From assembly GCA_963664305.2 (NCBI GenBank), contig CAXXLV010000001.1:608001-672000 (forward strand): DNA of 64,000 nucleotides, written 5' to 3'. The translations under genes and the position numbers were made by a program. Below the pieces are notes generated by a model. The model did no database searches and was not told the DNA's origin. It worked only from the letters and a program-made list of their open reading frames with translations. Position 1 is the stretch's first letter, and each line of letters begins with the position of its first letter. Below, piece by piece: positions 46,802-56,001 of the stretch. Source of the DNA: an uncultured Aliarcobacter sp. (GTDB taxonomy: Bacteria; Campylobacterota; Campylobacteria; Campylobacterales; Arcobacteraceae).

Positions 46802-47877
46802 TGCTTTTTTTTAATCTTTCAGCATTTTATTTTTTTTATTTTGCTGCTGTTGGAGTTTATATAATATTTTTACCAAAGGTACTTCATGATATTGGATATA
46901 GTACTTTTGATATAGGTATTATTTTTGCCCTTGCACCTTTAATGAGATTTATTACTCCTTTTTTGTTTTTAAAACATATTAAACTTGATCAAAAGATGTT
47001 TAAATCAGCTCTTTATATTTCAGTATTTTCATCTGCATGTTTTTATTTAACTATTGAAAACTTTTTCCTTTTTATGATAAATAATGCTATTTTGGCAGCT
47101 TGTTTATCTTTGATTTTACCTTACCTTGAAGTTACTGCAATTTCTACATTAGGAAAAGAGAAATATGGAAAATCAAGACTTTATGGCTCAATAGGGTTTA
47201 TGATAATCTCTTTAGTTTTAGCAAAATTCTTAACTCAACCATTTATTGCTATTCATTACTATTTAGTTTTAAATATTTTAACAGTGACTTTTGCCCTTTT
47301 ACTTTTAAAATATGATGTACAAAAAGTTGAGAGTGAAAACAAAGAACCTTTTTCTTTTTTAAAATATTGGCCACTTTGGATTAGTCTATTTTTCATGCAA
47401 ATGAGTTTTGGAGGTTTTTATAACTTCTTTACTATTTATGAAACTGAACATAATATATCACTTGAAATGACCTCTTATTTATGGTCATTTGGAGTAATTT
47501 GTGAAATTCTAATGTTATATTTCCAAGCACCTTTACTAAAAAACAATCTATTAAATCTAATAAAGATTTGTGTAGGAATTACTATAATTAGATGGTTTTT
47601 ATTATATTTATATCCTGATTCATTAACAATTACATTTTTCACTCAATCACTTCATGCCTTTTCATTTGGACTTTATCACAGTACAGTAATTATTTATTTA
47701 TATACACTTTATGAAAATAAAAAATTAGCTCAACAATTTATGTATGGTGTTGCATATGGCTTAGGTGGATTCCTTGGTGCATTTGTTGCAGGTGCAGTTT
47801 ATGGAGAATTTTTATTTTTATATAGTGCATTATTTGCTCTTTTATCATTTATTTCACTATATTTCATAAAAAAATAG
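46801..47877 (+). CDS. MFS transporter
   Basis: Multiple TM helices; YGKSRLYGSIGF. Confidence 0.85.
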   Translation: MLFFNLSAFYFFYFAAVGVYIIFLPKVLHDIGYSTFDIGIIFALAPLMRFITPFLFLKHIKLDQKMFKSALYISVFSSACFYLTIENFFLFMINNAILAACLSLILPYLEVTAISTLGKEKYGKSRLYGSIGFMIISLVLAKFLTQPFIAIHYYLVLNILTVTFALLLLKYDVQKVESENKEPFSFLKYWPLWISLFFMQMSFGGFYNFFTIYETEHNISLEMTSYLWSFGVICEILMLYFQAPLLKNNLLNLIKICVGITIIRWFLLYLYPDSLTITFFTQSLHAFSFGLYHSTVIIYLYTLYENKKLAQQFMYGVAYGLGGFLGAFVAGAVYGEFLFLYSALFALLSFISLYFIKK

Positions 47878-47905
47878 TAAAATTCCATTTTCTAAAAGGA
47901 TTATA

Positions 47906-49708
47906 ATGAGAATAGTATTTTTGATTTTATTTTTAATTTCAAATATTTTTGCAATAGCAATAGATAAAAACTGGTACGAAGGTACAAATGAAAATTTAGA
48001 TAAGTTGTATCAAGAACAAATAAAAAAAGCAGATTCATTAAAAGCCAATGCTTCACAAGAAGAAAAAGAACAGTTAGACTATCAACTTCTTCTACTAAAA
48101 AAGCTTTCAAACTTCATAAAACAAGATAATCAATTTACTCTAAAAGAAGTAACTCAAATTGAAGATTTAGATGATTATATAAAAAAGATCAAAGAGTATT
48201 TAAAAATCGAATCAGATTTTATCAATAAAAAAAGTGAATATGATGAAACAACAAAAAAGATAGAGATACTTGAAGAACAAATTAGTAAAGCGACAGAAAA
48301 AGATAGTTATCCAACAATAAATTCTCAATTACTTTATGCATTTTATATTTTAAAAAATAGACAAAATAAATTGATATTTGATGAATATATAAAATATCAA
48401 AACAATTTCAAGAAAAAATTATTAGATAGTTTGGATATTGTAAAGATTTCAACAAATGAAGATTTACCAACAAAATTGGCAAAACTTGAAAATAACTATG
48501 AACAAATTTTAAAAGATGAAAAAAGATTGTTACTTGCTTTAGATAAAGCACAAATTAGTGAAAACCAATATAAAATCACTTCTTTAGGAAATGATATCAC
48601 TCAATTAAAAAATGAAAAATCAAAAGTTATTGAAAATATAATCTATACAAAAATTGAAGAATTATTACCTTCTTTAAAAAATAAAAAATCTTTATATTTT
48701 GATTTTAGTAAAAGTTTACAAGAGTTTATTCAATCTAGTAATGAAGATTATAGCTCTTTAATTGAACTATTAAAATATTTATCAAGAGAACATCTTGGAG
48801 TTACAAAAACAACTTTTGCTGATACAAAAGAGAGTCTGTTTGATATAATAAAATACACTTGGCAAGAGATAAATAATCCAATTATTCCAATTGGTGATGG
48901 TATTTCTATTTTTGCAATTACAAAATTTTTACTTATTTTTATACTTGGATTTTCAGTTGCAACTTTTTATAGAAAAAAAATCACAAATGGAACAGTTCAT
49001 TATCTAAAAAATACAACTATTGCAACAAGAACTATGCTTGCAAATCTTGGATACTATTTTTTAGTTGCGATAACTTTTGTTTTTGGTCTAAAATCCGTTG
49101 GTATTGACTTATCTTCTCTTACAATTCTTGTTGGAGCTTTATCCGTTGGTATCGGGTTTGGTTTACAAAATATTGTTTCAAACTTTATCTCAGGAATCAT
49201 TCTAATTTTTGAAAAATCAATTCAAGTAGGACATATTATAGAAATAGGAACTGGACTTAGAGGGAAAGTTACTCAAATAAATATGAGAAGTAGTGTTATT
49301 ACTACTTTTGATAATATTGATATTATTATTCCAAATTCTACTCTTATTCAAAATAACGTGATAAATCTAACTTTTTCAGATGATATAAGAAGATTAAATG
49401 TTCCATTTGGTGTAGCTTATGGTTCAGATATTGATGTTGTTATAAAAACAATTCTTGATTCTTTAAAAAATAGTAATCTAATTTATTTAAGAAATCTTCC
49501 TGAAAAAATTGCAAAAGTAAGAATGACAGGAATGAATGCTAGCTCAATTGATTTTGAATTACTTGTTTGGATTAGTGAAAATCCAGATGAAAATGGAGTT
49601 GGTTCATCTAATATGTCAGATTTTTTAATATTTATCTATAAAACTTTACAAGAGAATAATATAGAAATTCCATTTCCTCAAATGGATGTACATTTAAAAA
49701 GAAGTTAA
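47906..49708 (+). CDS. MscS-family mechanosensitive channel with long N-terminal helical domain
   Basis: GALSVGIGFGLQNIVSNFISG, IPNS, GVAYGSD, IPFPQ. Confidence 0.92.
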   Translation: MRIVFLILFLISNIFAIAIDKNWYEGTNENLDKLYQEQIKKADSLKANASQEEKEQLDYQLLLLKKLSNFIKQDNQFTLKEVTQIEDLDDYIKKIKEYLKIESDFINKKSEYDETTKKIEILEEQISKATEKDSYPTINSQLLYAFYILKNRQNKLIFDEYIKYQNNFKKKLLDSLDIVKISTNEDLPTKLAKLENNYEQILKDEKRLLLALDKAQISENQYKITSLGNDITQLKNEKSKVIENIIYTKIEELLPSLKNKKSLYFDFSKSLQEFIQSSNEDYSSLIELLKYLSREHLGVTKTTFADTKESLFDIIKYTWQEINNPIIPIGDGISIFAITKFLLIFILGFSVATFYRKKITNGTVHYLKNTTIATRTMLANLGYYFLVAITFVFGLKSVGIDLSSLTILVGALSVGIGFGLQNIVSNFISGIILIFEKSIQVGHIIEIGTGLRGKVTQINMRSSVITTFDNIDIIIPNSTLIQNNVINLTFSDDIRRLNVPFGVAYGSDIDVVIKTILDSLKNSNLIYLRNLPEKIAKVRMTGMNASSIDFELLVWISENPDENGVGSSNMSDFLIFIYKTLQENNIEIPFPQMDVHLKRS

Positions 49709-50676
49709 ATCCATTTCTTCTTTTTAAATATTATAAATTGTATAGTCACAACCATCACTAATAAAATAGAAAATACTAAAAAAGCATTTTCATCATGAGC
49801 TCCTGGAATTCCACCAATATTAATTCCTAAAAGACCAGTCAAAAATGTAAGTGGTAAAAAGATTGCAGAAATAATAGATAACACATACATTTTTCTATTC
49901 ATTTGTTCACTCATACTATTTGCTAACTCTTCTTGAATAAGTATAACTTTATCTCTAATAGTATCAAGTTCTTCAATATGTCTCATTAATTGGTCATTTG
50001 TTTCACGTAATTCTATTCTTTGATATTCATCTATCCAAGATATTTTTTCATTATAAAGTTTTATTAGTGCCTCTTTTTGAGGAGTTAAATATCTTTTTAG
50101 AACAATTGTTTCTCTTCTTATTGATAAAATCTCACTTCTACATTCTGTATTTGTAGAATCTATTAGATTTTCTTCTAAAAAATCTGTTCTATCTTGAATT
50201 TCATCAATAACATTGTCCATTCTATCAGTAACTCTAAGTGTTAATTGAACTAAAAATTCAGAAGAACTCTTTGGACCAATACCATTTTTTAAATCTTCTA
50301 TAATTTCACTAACAGATAAAAGATTTCTTTTTCTTGTACTTATTATCATATATGGAGAAATGTATAATCGAATAGATATCATATCTTCAGGTTTTGAATT
50401 TGGATTTAAATTCACGCCCCTCAAAGCAATAAGTAAAGCTTCACCTAAAACTGTAGTTCTTGGTCTTGTCTCTTCTGTCAATAAAGCATCAATAGCAACT
50501 GAATCAATATTACTTTTATTTGTAATCCACTCTATTGCTTCTTTACTTGAATAATCAAAATGTACCCATAAAATTTTATCTGTTCTGTCAATTCCATCTA
50601 ACTCTTCATAAGTTAATTCTAAAGCTGAACCTTTTTTATCAAGTAAAAATGCTTTAACTGGATGATTTGATTGCAT
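49705..50676 (-). CDS. zntB: Zinc transporter ZntB (CorA family)
   Basis: LRGVNLNP, FLPLTFLTGLLGIN (GIN motif). Confidence 0.88.
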   Translation of the reverse strand: MQSNHPVKAFLLDKKGSALELTYEELDGIDRTDKILWVHFDYSSKEAIEWITNKSNIDSVAIDALLTEETRPRTTVLGEALLIALRGVNLNPNSKPEDMISIRLYISPYMIISTRKRNLLSVSEIIEDLKNGIGPKSSSEFLVQLTLRVTDRMDNVIDEIQDRTDFLEENLIDSTNTECRSEILSIRRETIVLKRYLTPQKEALIKLYNEKISWIDEYQRIELRETNDQLMRHIEELDTIRDKVILIQEELANSMSEQMNRKMYVLSIISAIFLPLTFLTGLLGINIGGIPGAHDENAFLVFSILLVMVVTIQFIIFKKKKWI

Positions 50677-50685
50677 TTCTATCCT

Positions 50686-51423
50686 TTAAATTATTGAATA
50701 AACTATTTCTGTTTTTATTTTTTGTTTTTTAATCTCTTCAATTTTTAGATTTTCTATTTGCATACTCATTAATTCATCAATTGATGAAATAGAATTCTTA
50801 GCTAAAAGTTTTAAAATAATTCCTCTATATGCTTTTGCCCAATGACTTACAACTTTTCCATCTTTTATAAACTTCATTGTTATATAAGGCTTTTCTATTT
50901 TGTAGAATTTTTCATAAAATCCTGCTCTTAAATCAATAATATCTTCATTTTCTAAATATTCATCTATAACTTTTGAGAAATTATCCATATAAAACTTTTC
51001 TATTTTTAAGTTATTAAATGTTTCACCTTGTTTTAATTTGTAATCAGGAATTAAATCACCTGATTTAATTACCCCAAAGATATTTGAAAAAATAAGTACA
51101 TTTTCATCAATATACTCTTTTTCATTCTCTTTTAAATTATTATATTCTAGATAATCGTAAGCAACACCCTCATATCTTTGTATTGCTTTCATTGTTGGTG
51201 AAGTAAAAATATCTTTTTTATATTGATTTATAACATCTTCTTTTTTTGTTCCAAAGATTTTTGATAACTCATCTTTTGAAGCATTTTTAACAAATTCATT
51301 GTATTGAGTTACTATTTCCATTCTTTTTTCAAATAATTCTGGAAATATAAAACTATTTTTATCAAATGATTTTTCAATACCTCCAGAGTTTTTTGTTTCA
51401 CTTGGTGAAAAAAGTATTTTCAT
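50686..51423 (-). CDS. YaaA family (DUF328) peroxide-stress protein
   Basis: True start MKILFSPSETK at 51423; AIQRYEGVAY, YKLK, SHWAKAYRG. Confidence 0.85.
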   Translation of the reverse strand: MKILFSPSETKNSGGIEKSFDKNSFIFPELFEKRMEIVTQYNEFVKNASKDELSKIFGTKKEDVINQYKKDIFTSPTMKAIQRYEGVAYDYLEYNNLKENEKEYIDENVLIFSNIFGVIKSGDLIPDYKLKQGETFNNLKIEKFYMDNFSKVIDEYLENEDIIDLRAGFYEKFYKIEKPYITMKFIKDGKVVSHWAKAYRGIILKLLAKNSISSIDELMSMQIENLKIEEIKKQKIKTEIVYSII

Positions 51424-51431
51424 CTTTATCC

Positions 51432-51848
51432 TTAATCTAAAAATTTTCCATCTACATAAAACCACATCCCATCAACTTTTAGGAATCTGCTTTTTTCAGT
51501 AAATGTAATATCTTCTTCATTTTGAAACATTGTTGCTTTAAATGTAACAAAACTTTCAACTTCCCCATCAATAAATTCTAAAATATCTAACTTCTCAAAT
51601 CTTGTATTTTTGCTAAATTGTAGAATATCTCTTGTCCAAGATTTTAAATCTTTGGAAAAGTCTGGATTATCTTGATGAGTTGTAAAAATTATATAATTAC
51701 TATTTGATACAGTAAATGCACTATATCTTGATTTCATTAGTTCTAATGCTGTTTTAGGAAGAGTAATTTTATCGTGAAATGGTTTGCAACATTTTTTATA
51801 TTTTTTTGAACTTCCACAAGGACAAGTTTCATTCACAGAAAATTTCAA
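51432..51848 (-). CDS. YchJ family protein (SEC-C motif)
   Basis: CPCGSSKKYKKCC, LMKSRYSAF, EKSRF, WFYVDG. Confidence 0.9.
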   Translation of the reverse strand: MKFSVNETCPCGSSKKYKKCCKPFHDKITLPKTALELMKSRYSAFTVSNSNYIIFTTHQDNPDFSKDLKSWTRDILQFSKNTRFEKLDILEFIDGEVESFVTFKATMFQNEEDITFTEKSRFLKVDGMWFYVDGKFLD

Positions 51849-51924
51849 AATTTACCTTTATAAAATTTTTGCTGATTCTATCATAATTGAAGTAAAAACT
51901 AAAGCGGTAAAATTCCGCTCTAGT

Positions 51925-52227
51925 TTAATTTTTTGAAGCTTTAGTTGAAGCTTTATCGTCAACTTTTTTTGTTATTTTATCTTTTTTCTCATCTATTTTA
52001 TTTTCTGCTTTAACATTTGAAACTATACTTTCTCCAAAACCCTTTATATTCTTCAAATCTTCAGGTGAACTAATTTTATTAGTTTTTCTATATTCAATTA
52101 TTTGCTCTGCCTTTTTTTCACCTATTCCTTTTATAGTCATAAGTTCTTCTTTACTAGCTGTTTGCAAATTAATTGCTCCAAATAAAACACTACAACATAA
52201 CAATAACAAGGTCAAAACTAATTTCAT
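51925..52227 (-). CDS. ComEA-like helix-hairpin-helix DNA-binding protein
   Basis: Signal peptide; INLQTASKEELMTIKGIGEKKA, IKGFG. Confidence 0.9.
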   Translation of the reverse strand: MKLVLTLLLLCCSVLFGAINLQTASKEELMTIKGIGEKKAEQIIEYRKTNKISSPEDLKNIKGFGESIVSNVKAENKIDEKKDKITKKVDDKASTKASKN

Positions 52228-52358
52228 CTAACAACTCCTTTAAAATAATTTAAATTATTATAATTAAAGATAATTTATAAAATTATTAAATGAATTATTT
52301 ATTAAATTTATTCTTATAGTTTTTTATGCTAATCTATAAATAAAATTAAAGGTTATTA

Positions 52359-52748
52359 ATGTTTCAACTTCCACTAGAAATTCTATCAAACTTAGCTTCT
52401 ATAGTTTTAGTTATTGTTCTTGTTGTCTCTTATTTAAAACAGAAAAAAAGAATTGAAGTAATCAAAAAACTTGATTCTTTAAAAACTGAAAATAGTTTAA
52501 CTCAAGAAGATATCAATTATATAAATGAAAATATTGAAGAATTCAAAATAAAAAGTGAAAAAGCAGAAAGTCTAACAAAGATTTTAAATCCAATTTTTAT
52601 TTTAGCAGTTGGTATTTTATTTTTATATCTTCCAGTTTCTGATGCTATGATTCATCTAAATGTAATTATTGTAGCTATTATCTATATTCAACTTGATAAA
52701 ATCAATAAAAGAAATACCTTATCACTATTAAAAGAGTTAAAAAAATAA
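52359..52748 (+). CDS. Hypothetical membrane protein
   Basis: 129-aa ORF with three hydrophobic segments. Confidence 0.65.
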   Translation: MFQLPLEILSNLASIVLVIVLVVSYLKQKKRIEVIKKLDSLKTENSLTQEDINYINENIEEFKIKSEKAESLTKILNPIFILAVGILFLYLPVSDAMIHLNVIIVAIIYIQLDKINKRNTLSLLKELKK

Positions 52749-52758
52749 ATTAACTCTT

Positions 52759-53406
52759 TTATTCTGTTATATAATCTCTTAATCTTTCATAATCTAGGAT
52801 TTTGATATATCCTTTATCATTTTGAAGTATCTTCTCTTTTTTTAATTTTGCTAGTTTTCTAGAAAATGTTTCAGGAGTGATATTTAACAATTGAGCGATT
52901 TTAACCTGTTTTAGATTTATTAATATTGATTCATTATCATATAAAAATTTTGCAATTTTTTCTAAACTATTTGAACTTATATTGTAATTTATAAAACTCT
53001 CTAAAGCCTTTATCTTTCTTGTTAAAGATTTGATAAAAAACATTGAAATCTCTGGTTTTAATAAAAATTCATTTTTAAATTTTTCATAATCAATCAACAA
53101 TACTTCAGCATTTGTTTCAAATGTACAGTTTGCTGGAAACCTCAAATCTTCATAATTTACAATTTCTGCTATTAAAGAAGGTGCCATTAGATTGTGAATT
53201 ACTACTTCATTATCTTTATGGTCATATGTATAAAGTTTTGCAATTCCTTTCAATAATAAGTGAAGATATTTTGGTTCATCTCCTTTATAAAATAATATTT
53301 CATCTTTATTAAAATATTTTTTGATAGAAATTTCTTTTAATCTTAATTTTTCTTCATCTTTTAGAAAATTAAAAAAATAAAAATCATCTATTGTATTATT
53401 TGCCAT
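52759..53406 (-). CDS. Crp/Fnr family transcriptional regulator (NssR/DNR-like)
   Basis: cNMP-binding fold (LFYKGD, LIAEI, FPAN); HTH IAQLLNITPETFSR; no FNR Cys cluster. Confidence 0.9.
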   Translation of the reverse strand: MANNTIDDFYFFNFLKDEEKLRLKEISIKKYFNKDEILFYKGDEPKYLHLLLKGIAKLYTYDHKDNEVVIHNLMAPSLIAEIVNYEDLRFPANCTFETNAEVLLIDYEKFKNEFLLKPEISMFFIKSLTRKIKALESFINYNISSNSLEKIAKFLYDNESILINLKQVKIAQLLNITPETFSRKLAKLKKEKILQNDKGYIKILDYERLRDYITE

Positions 53407-53421
53407 ATTTACTCTTTTTTA

Positions 53422-53435
53422 TTGACTACTGTCAA
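53422..53435. promoter_or_regulatory. Crp/Fnr-type operator TTGAC-N4-GTCAA
   Basis: Perfect palindromic arms in the divergent intergenic region. Confidence 0.7.
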
Positions 53436-53517
53436 GGTTTAATTTCGTATTTTATGCAAAAATTTCAAAAAAGTAAATTAAATAAGATAAAACTTATCCT
53501 AATTAAAAAGAAATATT

Positions 53518-53865
53518 ATGAAAATAGAAAAGTTTGAAATTGAAATAAATACCCTAAAAAAGTTTTATGAATTTTATTGTAAAGATAAACACTCTCATCA
53601 AAAAAATTTTAATGTAAATTTGAACTATAAAAATAGAGGTTTTAATATTGATTTATTTTTATGTGAAGAGTGTTTTGAAGCTATAAATTATTCATTTGAT
53701 AGACTTAAAAACTGTCCTCATGAAATAAAACCTAGATGTAGAAAATGTCCAAATCCATGTTATGAAAAAGAGAGATGGAAAAATATTGCAAAAATCATGA
53801 AATACTCTTCAATAAAACTAAGTCTTGGAAAAATTAAATCAAGAGTTTTGAAAATATTTAATTAA
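53518..53865 (+). CDS. YgbA-like (nitrous oxide-stimulated promoter family) Cys-rich protein
   Basis: FYCKDKH, LCEEC, RLKNCPHEIKPRCRKCPNPCY, IMKYS. Confidence 0.85.
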   Translation: MKIEKFEIEINTLKKFYEFYCKDKHSHQKNFNVNLNYKNRGFNIDLFLCEECFEAINYSFDRLKNCPHEIKPRCRKCPNPCYEKERWKNIAKIMKYSSIKLSLGKIKSRVLKIFN

Positions 53866-54513
53866 TTACCAATTTATTTCGTCTTTTTTCAAACTTTTTA
53901 GAATTTCATTTGTTTTTGAAAAATGCTTACAACCAAAAAAACCTCTATAAGAAGACAAAGGACTTGGATGTGCAGATGTTAAAATATGATGTTTTTTTTC
54001 ATTGATTAATTTAGATTTTGAAAAAGCTGGACTTCCCCAAAGAATAAAAATCACATTCTCTTTATTATCACTAATAAATTTGATTATGTTATCTGTAAAG
54101 ATTTCCCACCCTAACTTATGATGTGATTTTGCTTTAGCTTCTTCTACTGTTAAAATTGTATTTAATAGTAAAACTCCTTGTTGTGCCCAAGGTGTTAAAT
54201 CGCCATCTTCACAAATAGATTTTTTACCTAAATCATCATTTATCTCTTTTAAGATATTTACCATTGAAGGAGGATTTTTGATATTACTTGGAGTTGAAAA
54301 TGCTAAACCTTGTGCTTGTCCTAAACCATGATAAGGATCTTGTCCTAAAATTACTACTTTTAAATCATCAAATTTTGTAAGAGAAAAAGCTTTATAGATA
54401 TTCTCTTTTTCTGGAAAAACTGTTGTTGTTTCGTATCTTTTATCTATTTCACTCTTTAATTCTTTGTAATATGGTTTATCTTTTTCTAAAGCGATTACAT
54501 CTTCCCAAGTCAT
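53866..54513 (-). CDS. ung: Uracil-DNA glycosylase
   Basis: GQDPYH, GVLLLN, HPSPLS. Confidence 0.97.
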   Translation of the reverse strand: MTWEDVIALEKDKPYYKELKSEIDKRYETTTVFPEKENIYKAFSLTKFDDLKVVILGQDPYHGLGQAQGLAFSTPSNIKNPPSMVNILKEINDDLGKKSICEDGDLTPWAQQGVLLLNTILTVEEAKAKSHHKLGWEIFTDNIIKFISDNKENVIFILWGSPAFSKSKLINEKKHHILTSAHPSPLSSYRGFFGCKHFSKTNEILKSLKKDEINW

Positions 54514-54538
54514 ACTTATTTTCCTATATTTTTTAAAT

Positions 54539-54570
54539 AAAAAAAGCTAAGGCTTTAACACCTTAGCTTT
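54539..54570 (-). terminator. Intrinsic terminator after the ALDH gene
   Basis: AAAGCTAAGG...CCTTAGCTTT with a U tract on the minus strand. Confidence 0.7.
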
Positions 54571-54591
54571 GAAAAAATCAAAATTTACTTA

Positions 54592-55983
54592 TTATAAAAC
54601 TGGTGATTTGATAACCATCATTTTTTGATTTTGCATTTCTCTCATAGAATCAGGAATTCCACCTAATCCTAAACCTGAAGTTTTAGCTCCTCCAAATGGC
54701 ATCCAGTCAACTCTGAATGCTGTATGGTCATTAACCATAACTGCAGTTGCATTTAATCTTTTTACTGCTTTTAAAGCTGTGTCAAGATTTTTTGTAAATA
54801 CTGCTGCTTGGAAAGAAACTTCTAATTGGTTAGCTCTTTTAATAGCTTCATCTAATGTTTTATATGAATATACAACTACAACTGGTCCAAAAATTTCTTT
54901 TTGAGAAATAATTGCATCATCAGATGGATTTACAATAACAGTTGGTTCAAAACAAGAATCACCTATTCTTTTTCCACCAGTTAAAATTTTTCCACCTTTA
55001 GCAACTGCATCATTAACCCACTCTTCAACTCTATTTACTTCGTTGTGATTAATTAATGGTCCAACTTCAGTTTTTGGATCTAATTGATCTCCAACTACTA
55101 ATTTTGAAGCTTTTTCTGCAATTTTTGAAGCTACAACATCAGCAATTGATTCATGTACAAAAATTCTTTGAACAGAAACACAAACTTGACCAGCGTGATA
55201 GAATCCACCTTTTACAAGATCTGGAATCATAGCTTCAATATCTGCATCTGGCTCAACAATTACAGGTGCCACTCCACCATGTTCTAATGCACTTCTAGTT
55301 CCTGCACTTGCTTTTGAGTTTAGGTACCAACCAACAGGTCCTGAACCAATAAATGTAAAGAACGCAGTTTTTGGACTTGTAACTAAAAGTTCTCCACCTT
55401 GTCTATCACAAACAACAGCTTGTGCCCAACCTTCAGGAAGTCCTGCTTCTTTTAATAATTCAATAAGTCTTAAAGCACTCATTGGAGTTTGAGTTGCAGG
55501 TCTGATAATTACTGGACATCCAACAGCAATTGCAGGAATTACTTGGTGAATTGCTAAGTTAAACGGGTGATTAAATGCAGAAATTGCTGCAACTACACCA
55601 ATTGGTTCTTTCATTGTATAAGCCATTCTATTTGCAGAGCTTAAAGTATGACCCATAGCGATTTCATGACCTTCTTGTAATCCAATTTGCTCAATAGCAA
55701 TTTTTACACCATTAATAGCTCTTTGAATTTCAACTTTAGAGTCAATATAAGGCTTCCCACCTTCACTTGCACAAAGAATTGTTAATTCTTCAACTTGAGA
55801 AGACATAATCTTCATCAAGTTTTCTAAAATTTCAATTCTTTTGTATTTTGGAATCCAATTATCAACATCTAAGAATTTTTCATATGCAGTGTCGATAGCT
55901 TGTTGTACTCCCTCAACTGTTGTAAATGGAACTGATCCTACAACTCTTCCGTCAAATGGTGATGTTACTTCTATTGTACTCAT
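54592..55983 (-). CDS. Aldehyde dehydrogenase family protein
   Basis: FNHP, FIGS, LEHGG, GQVCVS (catalytic Cys), EIFGP, PFGG. Confidence 0.93.
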   Translation of the reverse strand: MSTIEVTSPFDGRVVGSVPFTTVEGVQQAIDTAYEKFLDVDNWIPKYKRIEILENLMKIMSSQVEELTILCASEGGKPYIDSKVEIQRAINGVKIAIEQIGLQEGHEIAMGHTLSSANRMAYTMKEPIGVVAAISAFNHPFNLAIHQVIPAIAVGCPVIIRPATQTPMSALRLIELLKEAGLPEGWAQAVVCDRQGGELLVTSPKTAFFTFIGSGPVGWYLNSKASAGTRSALEHGGVAPVIVEPDADIEAMIPDLVKGGFYHAGQVCVSVQRIFVHESIADVVASKIAEKASKLVVGDQLDPKTEVGPLINHNEVNRVEEWVNDAVAKGGKILTGGKRIGDSCFEPTVIVNPSDDAIISQKEIFGPVVVVYSYKTLDEAIKRANQLEVSFQAAVFTKNLDTALKAVKRLNATAVMVNDHTAFRVDWMPFGGAKTSGLGLGGIPDSMREMQNQKMMVIKSPVL

Positions 55984-56001
55984 AATTTACCTTTCAAATT
56001 T

